Shown one piece after another: positions 13,830-24,911 of a DNA stretch of 64,000 bases. Position numbers and translations under genes: made by a program. The notes beneath the pieces are model-generated. The model searched no databases. It saw only the letters and a list, made by a program, of their open reading frames with translations, and was not told the DNA's origin. Position 1 is the stretch's first letter, and each line of letters starts with the position of its first letter. This DNA is from Schmidtea polychroa (lineage: Eukaryota): NCBI GenBank assembly GCA_044892525.1, contig CM097885.1:228160001-228224000 (forward strand), written 5' to 3'.

Positions 13830-14170
13830 ACACTTGTTCTTTGAGTAGACTTATTGCGGTAAATAGTGTAGTTTTAGTTTTGCAGAAAAAGATGCAATAG
13901 TTACCTTTTGGTTTATTTTTGGTACCAGGAAGAATCTTTACAATATTGTAGGAACATGTGCACGCTTCTTCTACTTGGTTGTTTAATATTTTCCAAAATA
14001 AAATCTTTCCGGTATTCTTTATTGCTTGATTAATTATTTTTCGAAAATATTCTTGTTTTAATTCTTTGTGGAGCTTCCACTCTGTTTACATCATCTTTCT
14101 CAACTTCACAATCTTCTTAATTTAAGTGACTTCTTTTGTTACCCACCATTTCTTCAAATCACCATGTTTA
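13830..14170 (-). pseudogene. Non-LTR retrotransposon ORF2 linker relic
   Basis: KKWWVTKEV*..RKMM*TEWK...QEYFRKIINQAIK...LFWKIL resembles the WW..E...Y...A....FW pattern between LINE endonuclease and RT. Confidence 0.4.
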
Positions 14171-15978
14171 TACAGTTGAATTTTCATTAGTCTCGTTCAG
14201 AAATGTGGTCATATGTCAATTTCTGAAATTAGTAAAATATAGTTATTTATCAGAAGTAAGAACCGCTAATTATTAGAAAAATACTACATGTAAAATGCTA
14301 TAGTGTTATCAGAAATAATACGCATTGTTTTACACATGTAGATAAACTATATTTGAAATAATGAAACTTGCGGTACTACTTTAAACACTTTAATTAACTA
14401 AGAATTTTTAGATGTTATTAAAGAATTCTCAGAGGAGCACAGAGTAAAGAGGGTATAATTAAAGTTGTAATCGTTTTCAAAAGAGTTGTCTACGATTCTA
14501 AGTCGTGCAAATTAACAATAGATTGATTTAATTTAATTATTTAAACAAATAAAATGTTAAAAAAAGACGAACTTTTATTGAAAATTATTTTAAAAAGTAA
14601 ATATCAGGTACACATTAACAATTTAACGGGCGAGTGGGCTGTTCTTGGTGAATTACGGATCATGGCGTAATAATATCACACAATTTAAATGAGTATTATT
14701 TCATGGAAAATTATATTATAATTGTTTTATTATTTTAGTAAAGTTAATTAAAAATATTTTAAAAACAATATTTTTATGTATTTCTTTCACGACTACATTA
14801 AGTTTACATAGTGTGATATAAATACGGAACCCGATTAAAAATTTAAAAATATTAAGTATTTTATTTGTATGGGAAAATTGTGTGTAATTTGTTTTGGAAA
14901 ATACTAAAACTTTCTGCAATACTTAAAGTTTTTAAGCAATTGAATGGAGTGATAGGTCTCCTAATATAATTAGATCAACAGTTGAAAATCTTTAAATAAT
15001 ATTTCTTGACAGGTTTTAAAATGTTAGTTTGGTAAAAACTTTGTAAAGGCTATATAATTTTAAAAAATGATCCTTATCAATTTCAAATATTGAACTAGAA
15101 ATTGATAAGGATTATTTTTATAATCGAAAATTATTTTATTTTATTAAATATATACTTTGCAGCAAAAAGACTTATTATAATTTATAATATTATAATTTAT
15201 TTGTTTAACATTTAATTAATGCTGATACCANNNNNNNNNNNNNNNNNNNNNNNNNNNNNNNNNNNNNNNNNNNNNNNNNNNNNNNNNNNNNNNNNNNNNN
15301 NNNNNNNNNNNNNNNNNNNNNNNNNNNNNNNNNNNNNNNNNNNNNNNNNNNNNNNNNNNNNNNNNNNNNNNNNNNNNNNNNNNNNNNNNNNNNNNNNNNN
15401 NNNNNNCAACAAATTTTTTGAGCCCATTTTCTGTTTTCAATCTTGTAAAATAATAATTAATATAATAATTATAAAATGAATTATAAAGAATTTTCAAATG
15501 ATTTTTTATCATTTTATCGTATATACAATGAAAATTATTTTTTATGACATAATGAGTCTAGTTGATTTTTCTGTTGGGAATAACTATATGTCCACATCAA
15601 TTTATGAAATCTCCAATCTTCTTTCAAATTAGACAATTTAAGGCTACTGGAAAAAGTCGAACGTGTTAACTGTTTAAAAATGAGTTGAATCAAATGTTGA
15701 ATTATGTCGAATGAGAAAGACTTAGTCTCGGTGCATAATTACGAATAATCATTAAGTATTAGATTTTTCTTCTATTCAATAAAAGTTTTAATTTAAAATA
15801 TTATTAACTTGTTTTATACAAAAACTAACTTTGAAAATAATTTAATAGGAAATTTTAAAATTAGTCACTGGATGAAAAAATAAATGGAATATATGTCTAT
15901 GAACTATTTATTTCATTTTATATTATAAATGCGCCAAAGTTTAATAAATTCATTATAATATTATTATATGAATTATAG

Positions 15979-16293
15979 TAGGGGTTCCCAAAGTACGGCC
16001 CTCAATATCGATACGATATATAATATTTTTATTAAAAAATAAATAAGTAAATAGTAAAATAAATAATAAATATTACAAATAAAATACAGTTATTTTTTTG
16101 TTTTAATAAATATATAATTAAATATTTATATTTAAATTAAATTTGGTATACTAATAAACAAAATAAGAAATAATTAAATATATTTAAAACAAAAAATTGT
16201 GGTTATTGTTTTGATTTAATTGCTTTTTTTGGCCCGCCAAATATTTCGGTAATATTAAAGTGGCCCGCCTAAGAAAAACTTTGAGAACCCCTG
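15979..16293. mobile_element. hAT-type MITE (315 bp)
   Basis: TIR TAGGGGTTCCCAAAGT / ACTTTGAGAACCCCTG; perfect 8-bp TSD AATTATAG; subterminal GGCCCG motifs. Confidence 0.9.
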
Positions 16294-16476
16294 AATTATA
16301 GTATTCATTATAGTAAATTTCGACCTTTTTATTAGTAACTCAAACATTATATAAAATATGAATAATTTTCTGCACCATATTTCCAAATATTTTCATTTCA
16401 TTTTCTAACGACTTCCACAATATGCTAAAAACTTTCTAGCATTTCCTGATGCTTTTTAAAAAATTAGTTTTGTAAG

Positions 16477-16627
16477 ATATTAAATCAAATTCCTCAGTCG
16501 ACAGTTATCAAGAACCTAAGAACGGAGATGATGGGTGATCATCAAACTAATGACATTTTTTATTCATCATCCAAACACAGGATTTCAAATCCACTAATAA
16601 CCACAAAGTACAAACAACACGACTCAG
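16477..16627 (+). CDS. Host gene exon (model exon A), low-complexity protein
   Basis: AG acceptor at 16476; open ILNQIPQSTVIKNLRTEMMGDHQTNDIFYSSSKHRISNPLITTKYKQHDS+G; donor G|GTACAA. Phase 1 fits the acceptor at 22249. Confidence 0.45.
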
Positions 16628-17755
16628 GTACAATCCTAAAATACTATTAGTAAATACAATAAGGAATTAAATAATAATGTGTATGCACAGAATGACATGT
16701 TTGTGTTTGTATTGCTATATTTGAAGTGGTGGATCGAAAACTTGTGTAAAATGATATGAATGTAAAATAATTTTAAGTAAAATTGTAAAAAATAATTAAA
16801 TTTAATAAAAAATGTTTTTTAAGAATTTTTTAATTTTGCTAAATAATAAATTTAAAATCCATAGTCTTTTTGTTTCTACTTGATGTCGGTGAATCTGTCG
16901 AATTAAATAGTATAAGTGATGTTCGATTTTGGTTTTCAAATATTTATATCAGTGCCATGTTTATGTTTTTGTTATAATCTAATTAACATAATAATTAATA
17001 AAAACTTTGTTATAAATTAATAAATTAATAAAATAATTTATTAATAATAAATTAATAATAATAATAATAATAAATTAATAAAATTTTTGTTATAAAAATA
17101 CATAAATTTTCACTAAAAATATCTTAAAATTTGAATTTTAATGAACATACTAAATACAAGGAGTTTTGAAAAAAACCATTAACTCTAATTATTAGAAATG
17201 TTAAAGTAAGTAAGCGCCCAGAAAGAACTTGTTATTAGTTTCTTATATGAATATAAATACTTTTCAAAAGATAAAGCAAATATATAAATGTTAAAATTAT
17301 TTAAACACAATAAATTATAAAAGCAGAAGAAAGAATTAAGCAAATTTGTTAAACATATAATTTGTAAATATTATCATTTTATACTTTTTTTGAAATAAGG
17401 TAGGAAAATTACATTTCTTTATTTGGGCATATCTTTGGGGCCTGTATTTCACAATCATACTAAATAAATATCTTTTTTTGAATAATTTTGAATGATTTTA
17501 CTTTATCTTCCTGCGATTGTAAATTTATTTAGCTTCCCCTCTTTTCATTTTAATACTTTCTTGTTTCCCATTTATTTATAATGCGTTTGATCTCAATATT
17601 AAATAGCATTCATTATCAAAGTGTGAAAGATTAAAGTGTTTTACATGAATTAGGTTCTATTATACAAATTAAAAGTTCAATAAGTGTTATTTATTCTATT
17701 AAAAAATGTTAATTTGTAAATTTTTAGACATAAATAATAATATATTTTTTCTTAA

Positions 17756-17993
17756 CCTCTTAAGTGGTTTAGTTCGTCAAACGAAATGCGCTCCTCAGCG
17801 GCGAGTTTTGTTATCACTAGCATATATGTCTAGGGCATAGTGTTACAAAAAATAAAATAATATCTTATTGGATGATATTTATTAAGATATTATATGTTAA
17901 AAAAGTAATATTTATGATATATTTTTATTCGTCTTATGTGTTTTGTAATGCATATGTTGATGACGTATATATCCGTCATAGTCACTTAAGAGG
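17756..17993. mobile_element. piggyBac-type MITE (238 bp)
   Basis: TTAA on both sides; TIR CCTCTTAAGTG / CACTTAAGAGG. Confidence 0.85.
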
Positions 17994-18689
17994 TTAACAC
18001 TATTGAATCACTTAATTTATTCTTATTGATTTGTTTAATTTGTTTAAAATTTTATATATTTTATTTTTATTATTTTGATATATCGTTTTTGTTCTTCATT
18101 AATTTAGATTTTGTTGTTGTATTACGAAACCAAATTTTTTGAAACAATGTTCATCAATATACAAAAGCGTTTTTAATGTCAAAAAAGCACAATAAATGAT
18201 GTTTATATATAGGTTTATTGTTTCTAGATTGCCTGGCAAAAATGTCAATGAAATATAAAGAAAATATTCTTTGATTTGATCGTAAAACTGATATTTAACA
18301 TTAAAATTTGTAATATAAACATCGTCGTTGGAGAATTATTTAGAATTATAGACGTTCATCTTTACCATATATATTTGCTATTTTATACTACTTATATAAA
18401 TCTTTAAAATAGTCATATTTATCCAACCTTTAAAGCTTAGTTTTATTCTGAAAACCTATATTAATGACTTCAAATTTAACAATTTAGTTGATTTTTATAC
18501 TTTTATCCTTAATTCTTTTCCATTGAGACAGAAATGCTTTTTTAATTTCTTGTTAAATTGATGGTGAAGGGAAAGTTTACTAATTTTGAAAAGCATTTTG
18601 GTTCTTCAATTGTAATACTAAAACATTCATCTCTTAAATATTGATAACATAAAGAAATTTCAGAAACCTAGAATTCATGCATTGAAGAC

Positions 18690-18890
18690 CATTACTTCCT
18701 ATCGAAGGTAACCGCATAGTTGATTTGTCTTCTGATAAAACTGGTGAGACTCCAAACACAACTGCTTTGCATCTCATTCTTAATAAAGCAAAGCAAATTA
18801 ATAACTAGAAGAAAAAATCTTCATATACGGAAACTGGTTTCGTGTCTGGTCTACTATTCAAATGCTCAACACGCCAACCAGACTAACCAG
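18690..18890 (+). pseudogene. Possible Mutator-like (Phantom) transposase fragment
   Basis: PIEGNRIVDL ... ETGFVSGLLFKC resembles the EGRRIVDI...E..G..S...FKC pattern; contains stops. Confidence 0.35.
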
Positions 18891-19538
18891 AATTCATTTT
18901 AAATGACTTTATTATTATTAAAAACATCAATTGCTGCACACCAATCTTGATAACATAAATTAATATATTTTATTTATATTTTAATTAAACATATATGTAT
19001 AAGGGTGCCGAGGGATATTTTTATATCTATAATACAGTAATCTTCATGTGCTCCTCGTTTTCCGAAGGGGGTTAATGTGGTGGTCTTTCATGGGTGGTCA
19101 TGCAACAAATGGAATTTTGGATTAATTTTGAACAGAATTAAATAGACTAAGAAACAAATTTTATTTAACGTTTGTTTTAATATTATTTGTTTATGTTATA
19201 TTATGTTTTTTTGAAAGTAAATAAAAAATATTTTATTTAAATATTTCAAAAGCGTTTCAGAATACGATTAATGATTTATCATATTATTTATATTCTATAA
19301 ATATACATCCATATTTCAATATTAGCAATTTTATTCTCATATTTTTGCGGATGAAACATACTTTCAGGAAAGATAATCTATCTTTCATTAAATTGCATGT
19401 TTTGATTTTGATTTTATCTTTTATTGGATTATTATTAATTTCTTGACGGTGATTCTTAGATATTGATTCTACAGAATCCAGTTGGTTTATTTCATGCCTC
19501 AATTATCTGGTATTTAATTCATTACTGTCCTGAAGATA

Positions 19539-20479
19539 TGTTATGAGTGAAGCTTTCGATGGTATGTTCGTGTGTTTGTACGTATAAGCATAATTAGTAA
19601 AAAAGTATGCTGGTATATAGTTATATGTATATATTATATTTATGTTAGTAGATGCGTGTGTGTCAAGAGGTTTGAAGAGCCCAGCCGAGTCACCAGTAAA
19701 TAATCTGTCTCGGGACAGCTGGGGTGAATGTGTGTAATATGGCTACAAATAAAAATTCGAGAAATATTAACAAATAAAATACAAATAACTTAATTAAACA
19801 AATTTTATTAACAAATAGAACTAATTAAGAGACCTGAAATCTCGAATCGTAAGGACTTTGTAATATTCTTTTCTAATCTTTTCCTGGACTTGTTTAATAG
19901 AATTCTTTTTAATCTTCTTTTGATAGAGTCAATTAAATGACTTTAAATCTCGAATCTTAAGGACTCAGTAATATTCTTTTCAAATCTTTTTCTAGACTTG
20001 TTTTGTAGAATCCTTTTTAATCTTCTTCTGACAGAACAAATTAGTTGACCTGAGATCTCAAATCGTAAGGACTTTGTCATATCCTTTTCTAATCTTGTTC
20101 TGAACTTGTTTTATTGAATTCTTTTTAATCTTCTTCTGATCTTGTTTTATAATATTATTTTTGATCCTTTTCCAAACTAATCTTATAATATTCTTTTTTA
20201 TCTTTTCCTGAACTAGTTTTATAATATTCTTTTCAATTTCCTTCTGAATTTGTTCTATGGTATTCTTTTCTTAATTTTGGTTGTCCAAATGTTTATTCGA
20301 TTTATTTATTGATTTTTTTCTTTTTTTCAATTTTCTATAGCGATAATTAACTATGGTAAATTATCGTTATATAGTTTTTTTTAAATTTTTTTCCTACGTG
20401 TAACAGGTGGTGGATAAAATTAAAATCCGCATTAAATTATAATAAACAATAAAAAAATATAATATCACAATACATTACA
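19539..20479 (-). mobile_element. Solo LTR (941 bp) related to the LTR at about 60233-61017
   Basis: Element strand begins TGTAATGTATTGTGAT (identical to the 61017 LTR start) and ends ...ATAACA. It shares two structured blocks with that LTR, and its removal restores the TRIC-like frame. Confidence 0.8.
19831..20260. repeat. Three 108-bp tandem units plus 36-bp subunits inside the solo LTR
   Basis: Units start at 19831, 19939 and 20047 (GAC[CT]T[GT]A[AG]ATCTC[GA]AATC...), followed by shorter TCTTTT..TGAACT.GTTTTATAATATT repeats. Confidence 0.85.
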
Positions 20480-21500
20480 ATATCGCTTATAAATTGTGCA
20501 ATTTTTTGCCGATTTTCACAATCATATGCTTAATGAAAGAATTACAGAGATGCAAAAATATATTTTCCGTCATTGATAAAGCAAATGACCGATTTCCTGG
20601 CACATATTTAGTGTGGATCATTGAAAGACCGATGAAAGACAATGTAATCGGAGTTCTTATTTTCATGGGAAAACTGAGTTCAAATCGATTAATGATTTAC
20701 CTAATCTTCGTGCTGTATGTTGTATGAGTTCAGGTGCAGATTATGCCCAAAGTTACTTATCAAGTTATTTCTTCAATTTTACAACGCCACAACAATAGGT
20801 ATCTTTTTTATGTGTATTTTATAGCTGGTTTGATTTATTATATAAATTGCACTCACAAAGTCTTACAGTATTTGTATATTTCATTAATTTTTTCTACCAT
20901 TTCTGGCATCCTATAATAAATTTACAGCTCTAACTGTTAATGAATATTTAGCACACAGGTGAGTTTGCATGTATTTTATAATATAAATTATTCATTATTC
21001 TTTTATATTCTTATATATAAAGATCTATATGATTTATATGAGTAGATGAAACATTAAGGAAAACAAATTATTAAACAGTTTGAATTTTTATGACATCATA
21101 AATGCAAAATACAATATTGTCACACATTAATTGTTTTAATATAGGAAAATTTTAAATTCTTTATTATTGTTATTTGTGTATAATGCAGTATATGTTTTTG
21201 TGGTCTGTGGTTGTAAAACACCATTATAAGTCATTAAAATGTTGATGGCATCATCGTTCGCCCACCTAAAATACCATGATAATGAACCATTGACCCTTAA
21301 AAACGAGACGCTTCATAATTTAAAATTTGAACTTGTACTTGTGGCTTTTTGAGTTAGCTTGTTCTCTAGAGCTCAATATTTTTAAAATTGTTATTTATTC
21401 CCGAATGAAATGGTTTTTAATTAAAATGTTGAACCAACGAATGTAATTGATTTATTTTTGACGCTGATGATTTAGGGGTGTCGAAAACTCGAAATTCACT

Positions 21501-21502
<2 letters not shown>

Positions 21503-21562
<60 letters not shown>
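21503..21562. repeat. (TA)n microsatellite
   Basis: Direct observation. Confidence 0.95.
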
Positions 21563-21565
<3 letters not shown>

Positions 21566-21929
21566 AATTCTATTGTATATTGTTTGGTATTTGTTATAAA
21601 GAACACGAAAAGTCTCTATCGACAATTTATTAATAACCCAAAAAAAGAGAGATAAATGTAGATTTCTATGAAAAATTAAAGTTATTCGTACTCTGTCGAC
21701 TTTCTTGTGAACTGAATCATAATCTTGAGCTTTGTTATTACTTCGAAATCATAACTTATATTTTTGCATTTCTTTCGTTAATGTTTTAGCGGCAATAGTA
21801 TTATTTTATTTAGGTTTATTTTGGCTTTTTTACATTTGGTAATAATTGATGAATGATTAAATTTGACTAATTATATTTTCATTGGGGTTTTACTATGTTA
21901 CAAATCTTTGTAGTCTCACTAGAAGTCTA

Positions 21930-22080
21930 TTGAATTTATTAAAAAACTTGACTAATAATCAGTAAAGATATTGATGTTTTTTTATATCTTTATTGATTCA
22001 TAGTCAATATTTTTAATAAATACAATGTCAATTGAAAAGACATCAGTGGTGAAAATTGAAAAAGTTATTATAATACTAAA
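21930..22080. repeat. Foldback-type dispersed repeat (other copies about 23385-23445 and 37915-38070)
   Basis: Shared AATGTCAATTGAAAAG..ATCAG.GGTGAAAATTGAAAAA tail and imperfect palindrome AAAAACTTGACTA...TCAGTAAAGATAT...ATATCTTTA.TGATTC.TAGTCAA. Confidence 0.6.
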
Positions 22081-22249
22081 AGTCTGGTCTATATTTTGTA
22101 GTTTATTTATATTTTACATAATTAAATGATAAAATGAATAATCTATAATTTCTTTTTTTTATTATATTTTTTAAAATTATTTGAGATTAAAATAAAAATT
22201 TCTATTTTTCTAATTAAATATCGATTTAAACTTATCGTCTAGATTATAG

Positions 22250-22642
22250 CCAGATTTCAAAATAAACCAAATTCTTCCAACAAAACCACGTCCAATAATA
22301 ACACAATTACGATCAGTGGAAATAATAAGAAAAGTTTTGGTACCGGTATAAATGCTGTCTACACGAAAACCAATAATACCAATCATCATATATGTTCTGA
22401 ATGGAAACATTGTCTACCTACTACAATGACAACACTCAGTTCTTGTGTTGTTTCTCAGTCCGACCAGAACGATTTCCATAATTCAGCAATGACTGGCAGA
22501 GTTATCAGTGACGTTGAGTCCATGGAAAATCAAACCTTGGTGCACACTGGAAAGAATGGATCATGTTTGGTTTCTCTATCACCGGATTCAGTTGACTCCT
22601 CAAACATTGCAACTGATCATTGCTGTGGTATTTTAAATAATG
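22250..22642 (+). CDS. Host gene exon (model exon B), Asn/Ser/Thr-rich
   Basis: 393-nt open, GC-raised stretch (ARFQNKPNSSNKTTSNNNTITISG...ATDHCCGILNN), bounded by an in-frame stop and AG acceptors upstream and G|GTATGC donor; symmetric phase 1. Confidence 0.65.
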
Positions 22643-23150
22643 GTATGCTTTTTTAATTTACATGTTCCAAATTTGATCATATTTATCAAAAAAATGTATC
22701 CCATTTTTATCCTATACCTTAAAAATTACAAAGTACAGTGCGCATATAAAATTACGTATAATATAGGAAGTGCGAGTTTTTGACAGTAAATAGAAGTGAG
22801 CTGTCTAATTCGGACTCAACCACCCCCCCCCCCCGCCATTTAAATTTTTTCAGAAATGCGACTGTTTTGATTCACAATATTGTGCTAATGCCACATATGA
22901 CAAAATCAAATATTAATATTTTAATATTTGGGGCTTCGTTAGATTTTTGATTCATTATCATTTTTAATTTTTAATCTCTTATTTCATAATTCTTTTTTCG
23001 GTGGCATTCAATTTACCTTTGACTGTATTGTTATATTTATGTTAATTTAGATATTTATTTTTATATTAAACTGTGTTAAAAAAAATAAGCGTTTTATTAA
23101 TTCAATGTTTGCGAATCATTGTGATTAAATTAATAGTTGATGTACTATTC

Positions 23151-23306
23151 CAAGGCTGGGCAAGTGCGGCTCTTTGATGAGCTGTTGGGCTCCCATTGAG
23201 ATCTGATTTTATAGTAAATATTGAATATGACAATATGTTGTGGCTCTTTGTAATACAGGGAAAACTTGTATTTGGCTCTCGAGGACCTCATGTGTGCCAA
23301 CCCCTG
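23151..23306. mobile_element. hAT-type MITE (156 bp)
   Basis: Perfect 8-bp TSD TACTATTC; imperfect TIR CAAGGCTGGGCA / TGCCAACCCCTG. Confidence 0.85.
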
Positions 23307-24911
23307 TACTATTCTAATTTATTTATGAGTATTTCAAATAAATTAAAAGTAAATTTTAGGCTATTTAAAAATTTTCTAATAACTACAATGTCAATTGAAA
23401 AGAAATCAGAGGTGAAAATTGAAAAAAAGTTCTTATAATATTTAAAAATAATTTATTTATTTATTTATTTAATACGTTGACCAAAAACGAGTGCATAATT
23501 AAACATGTCATAAACTTCCTCAAAATTCGAAAGATGGTAGGATTTTCAAACAAAAGGTTAATAAATAATATTCATCAAGCCATTTTGTCCATATCTTGTT
23601 TAATGAGTAGTTTTAAAAAAAAGATTCGTTGAAAAATTCGTTGAATTCAACAGAAATATTATTTTTGTACTAGCATTTATCGAATACTAAGGTAAAAACC
23701 TTTGTTTTGATATTTTTTATGAAAAAAATCAAATTTTATATAAACAGTAAACTTAATAAATGATTTTACTGAAAATAATATTTTTTATTTACATACTTTT
23801 TCAACACCAACTAATTTCACCCCCTAATTAGCCCCATAAAATATTGATTTCTAATAAAATTTTGTAGACTTCTTCATTAATTCCATAGGATTTATAAAAA
23901 AGTGAAATCAGTTGTCGAGGCGGCAATTAAAATTGGAGATTATTAACAGTCTTGTTATGAATAAATTTAACATTTTTTGTATTTTTCTTGTTCTTTGATC
24001 ATTTTAGAAAACATATCTTGTGATTAATTATTCTGTTTAATTAAACTCGGTCTGTAAAATTGGAAAACTGGAAGAATTTTGTACATGAGCACGTTAAAAC
24101 AAATATTTCGTTTTCAAATTTTTTATTTCTATTTATTTCAATTGTAAAATTGTAATTCAATAACATTTCAAGAATAAATAAATTAATACAATAAATAAAA
24201 TTTTGAAACGAGTTTTTTAATCAAAATTGTATTCAATGACATTAAAAATAATTAAATTAAATTAATTAATTATATTTCTATCCATGAAATCAATAACTTT
24301 TTATTTATATTTTTATGATTATTTAATTAATTAAATTAAAAATCAACACAGTTTGACTTGTTGATCTTTTGTTATTTAGAATAAAGAATAATATTCTCAT
24401 AAATCTAATATATAGTACAGATACACTTATTGATAAGGATCTAATGAAACAAATATTTTTTGTAATAACAAATAGCCTCTTTCCTTCATAGTTGTATTCC
24501 TTGTGTAAATGCGATTTGTCATGGATTCCAAGTTCTTTTTTTCTTGTTTCTCATCACTCATCATTCATCTCATTGAAATCGCATTGAAATAGTGCATTAA
24601 TGTATTGTTATGTGAAAATTAAGAGAAAAGAAGTTGAAAATATTTTATCAATGGTGAAGCATTTTTATGATTTTATTAATAATATTAATTAATTAATTTG
24701 AGTACGCAAAAATGTAAAATTTAAGAAAAATTGATCTGTTCTCATATTCAATTTCATTTAATATCTTTTAGTTTTCGACTATAGATTAATGTTCTATTTA
24801 ACTAACATATTCGTATTGTCTTTTTTACATGTTAGAATTATTCATTTAAGTTGTTTTAAAGGATATTTGAGTGATAAATTGAATAAAATTGTATAGCCGC
24901 TATGGTGTATA

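Larger units (their letters stand above)
19261..20916 (+). pseudogene. TMEM38: TRIC/TMEM38-like cation channel pseudogene interrupted by a solo LTR
   Basis: HPYFNISNFILIFL (cf. YPYFDIAHYLLMCL), frameshift, FLDGDS*ILILQNPVGLFHASIIWYLIHYCPE|DIAYKLCNFLPIFTIICLMKELQRCK..IDKANDRFPGTYLVWII after removing 19539-20479 (cf. ASIIWYLIFYCP.D..YK...FLP..I....MKE..R). Further frameshifts downstream. Confidence 0.7.

Noticed and set aside
19680-19723. Twister or HDV-like identity for the LTR stem-loop
   Set aside because: GUCCC resembles twister L4, but UAA, P2 and GAGGG are missing; no HDV nested pseudoknot or catalytic C context.
19831-20260. CRISPR-like array interpretation of the tandem repeats
   Set aside because: Units are contiguous and divergent with no unique spacers or cas genes; eukaryotic LTR context.
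21465-21500. CTGATGA...GAAA near a TA array
   Set aside because: No stem II, III or I geometry; TAGGGGTGTCGAAAA looks more like a MITE terminus.
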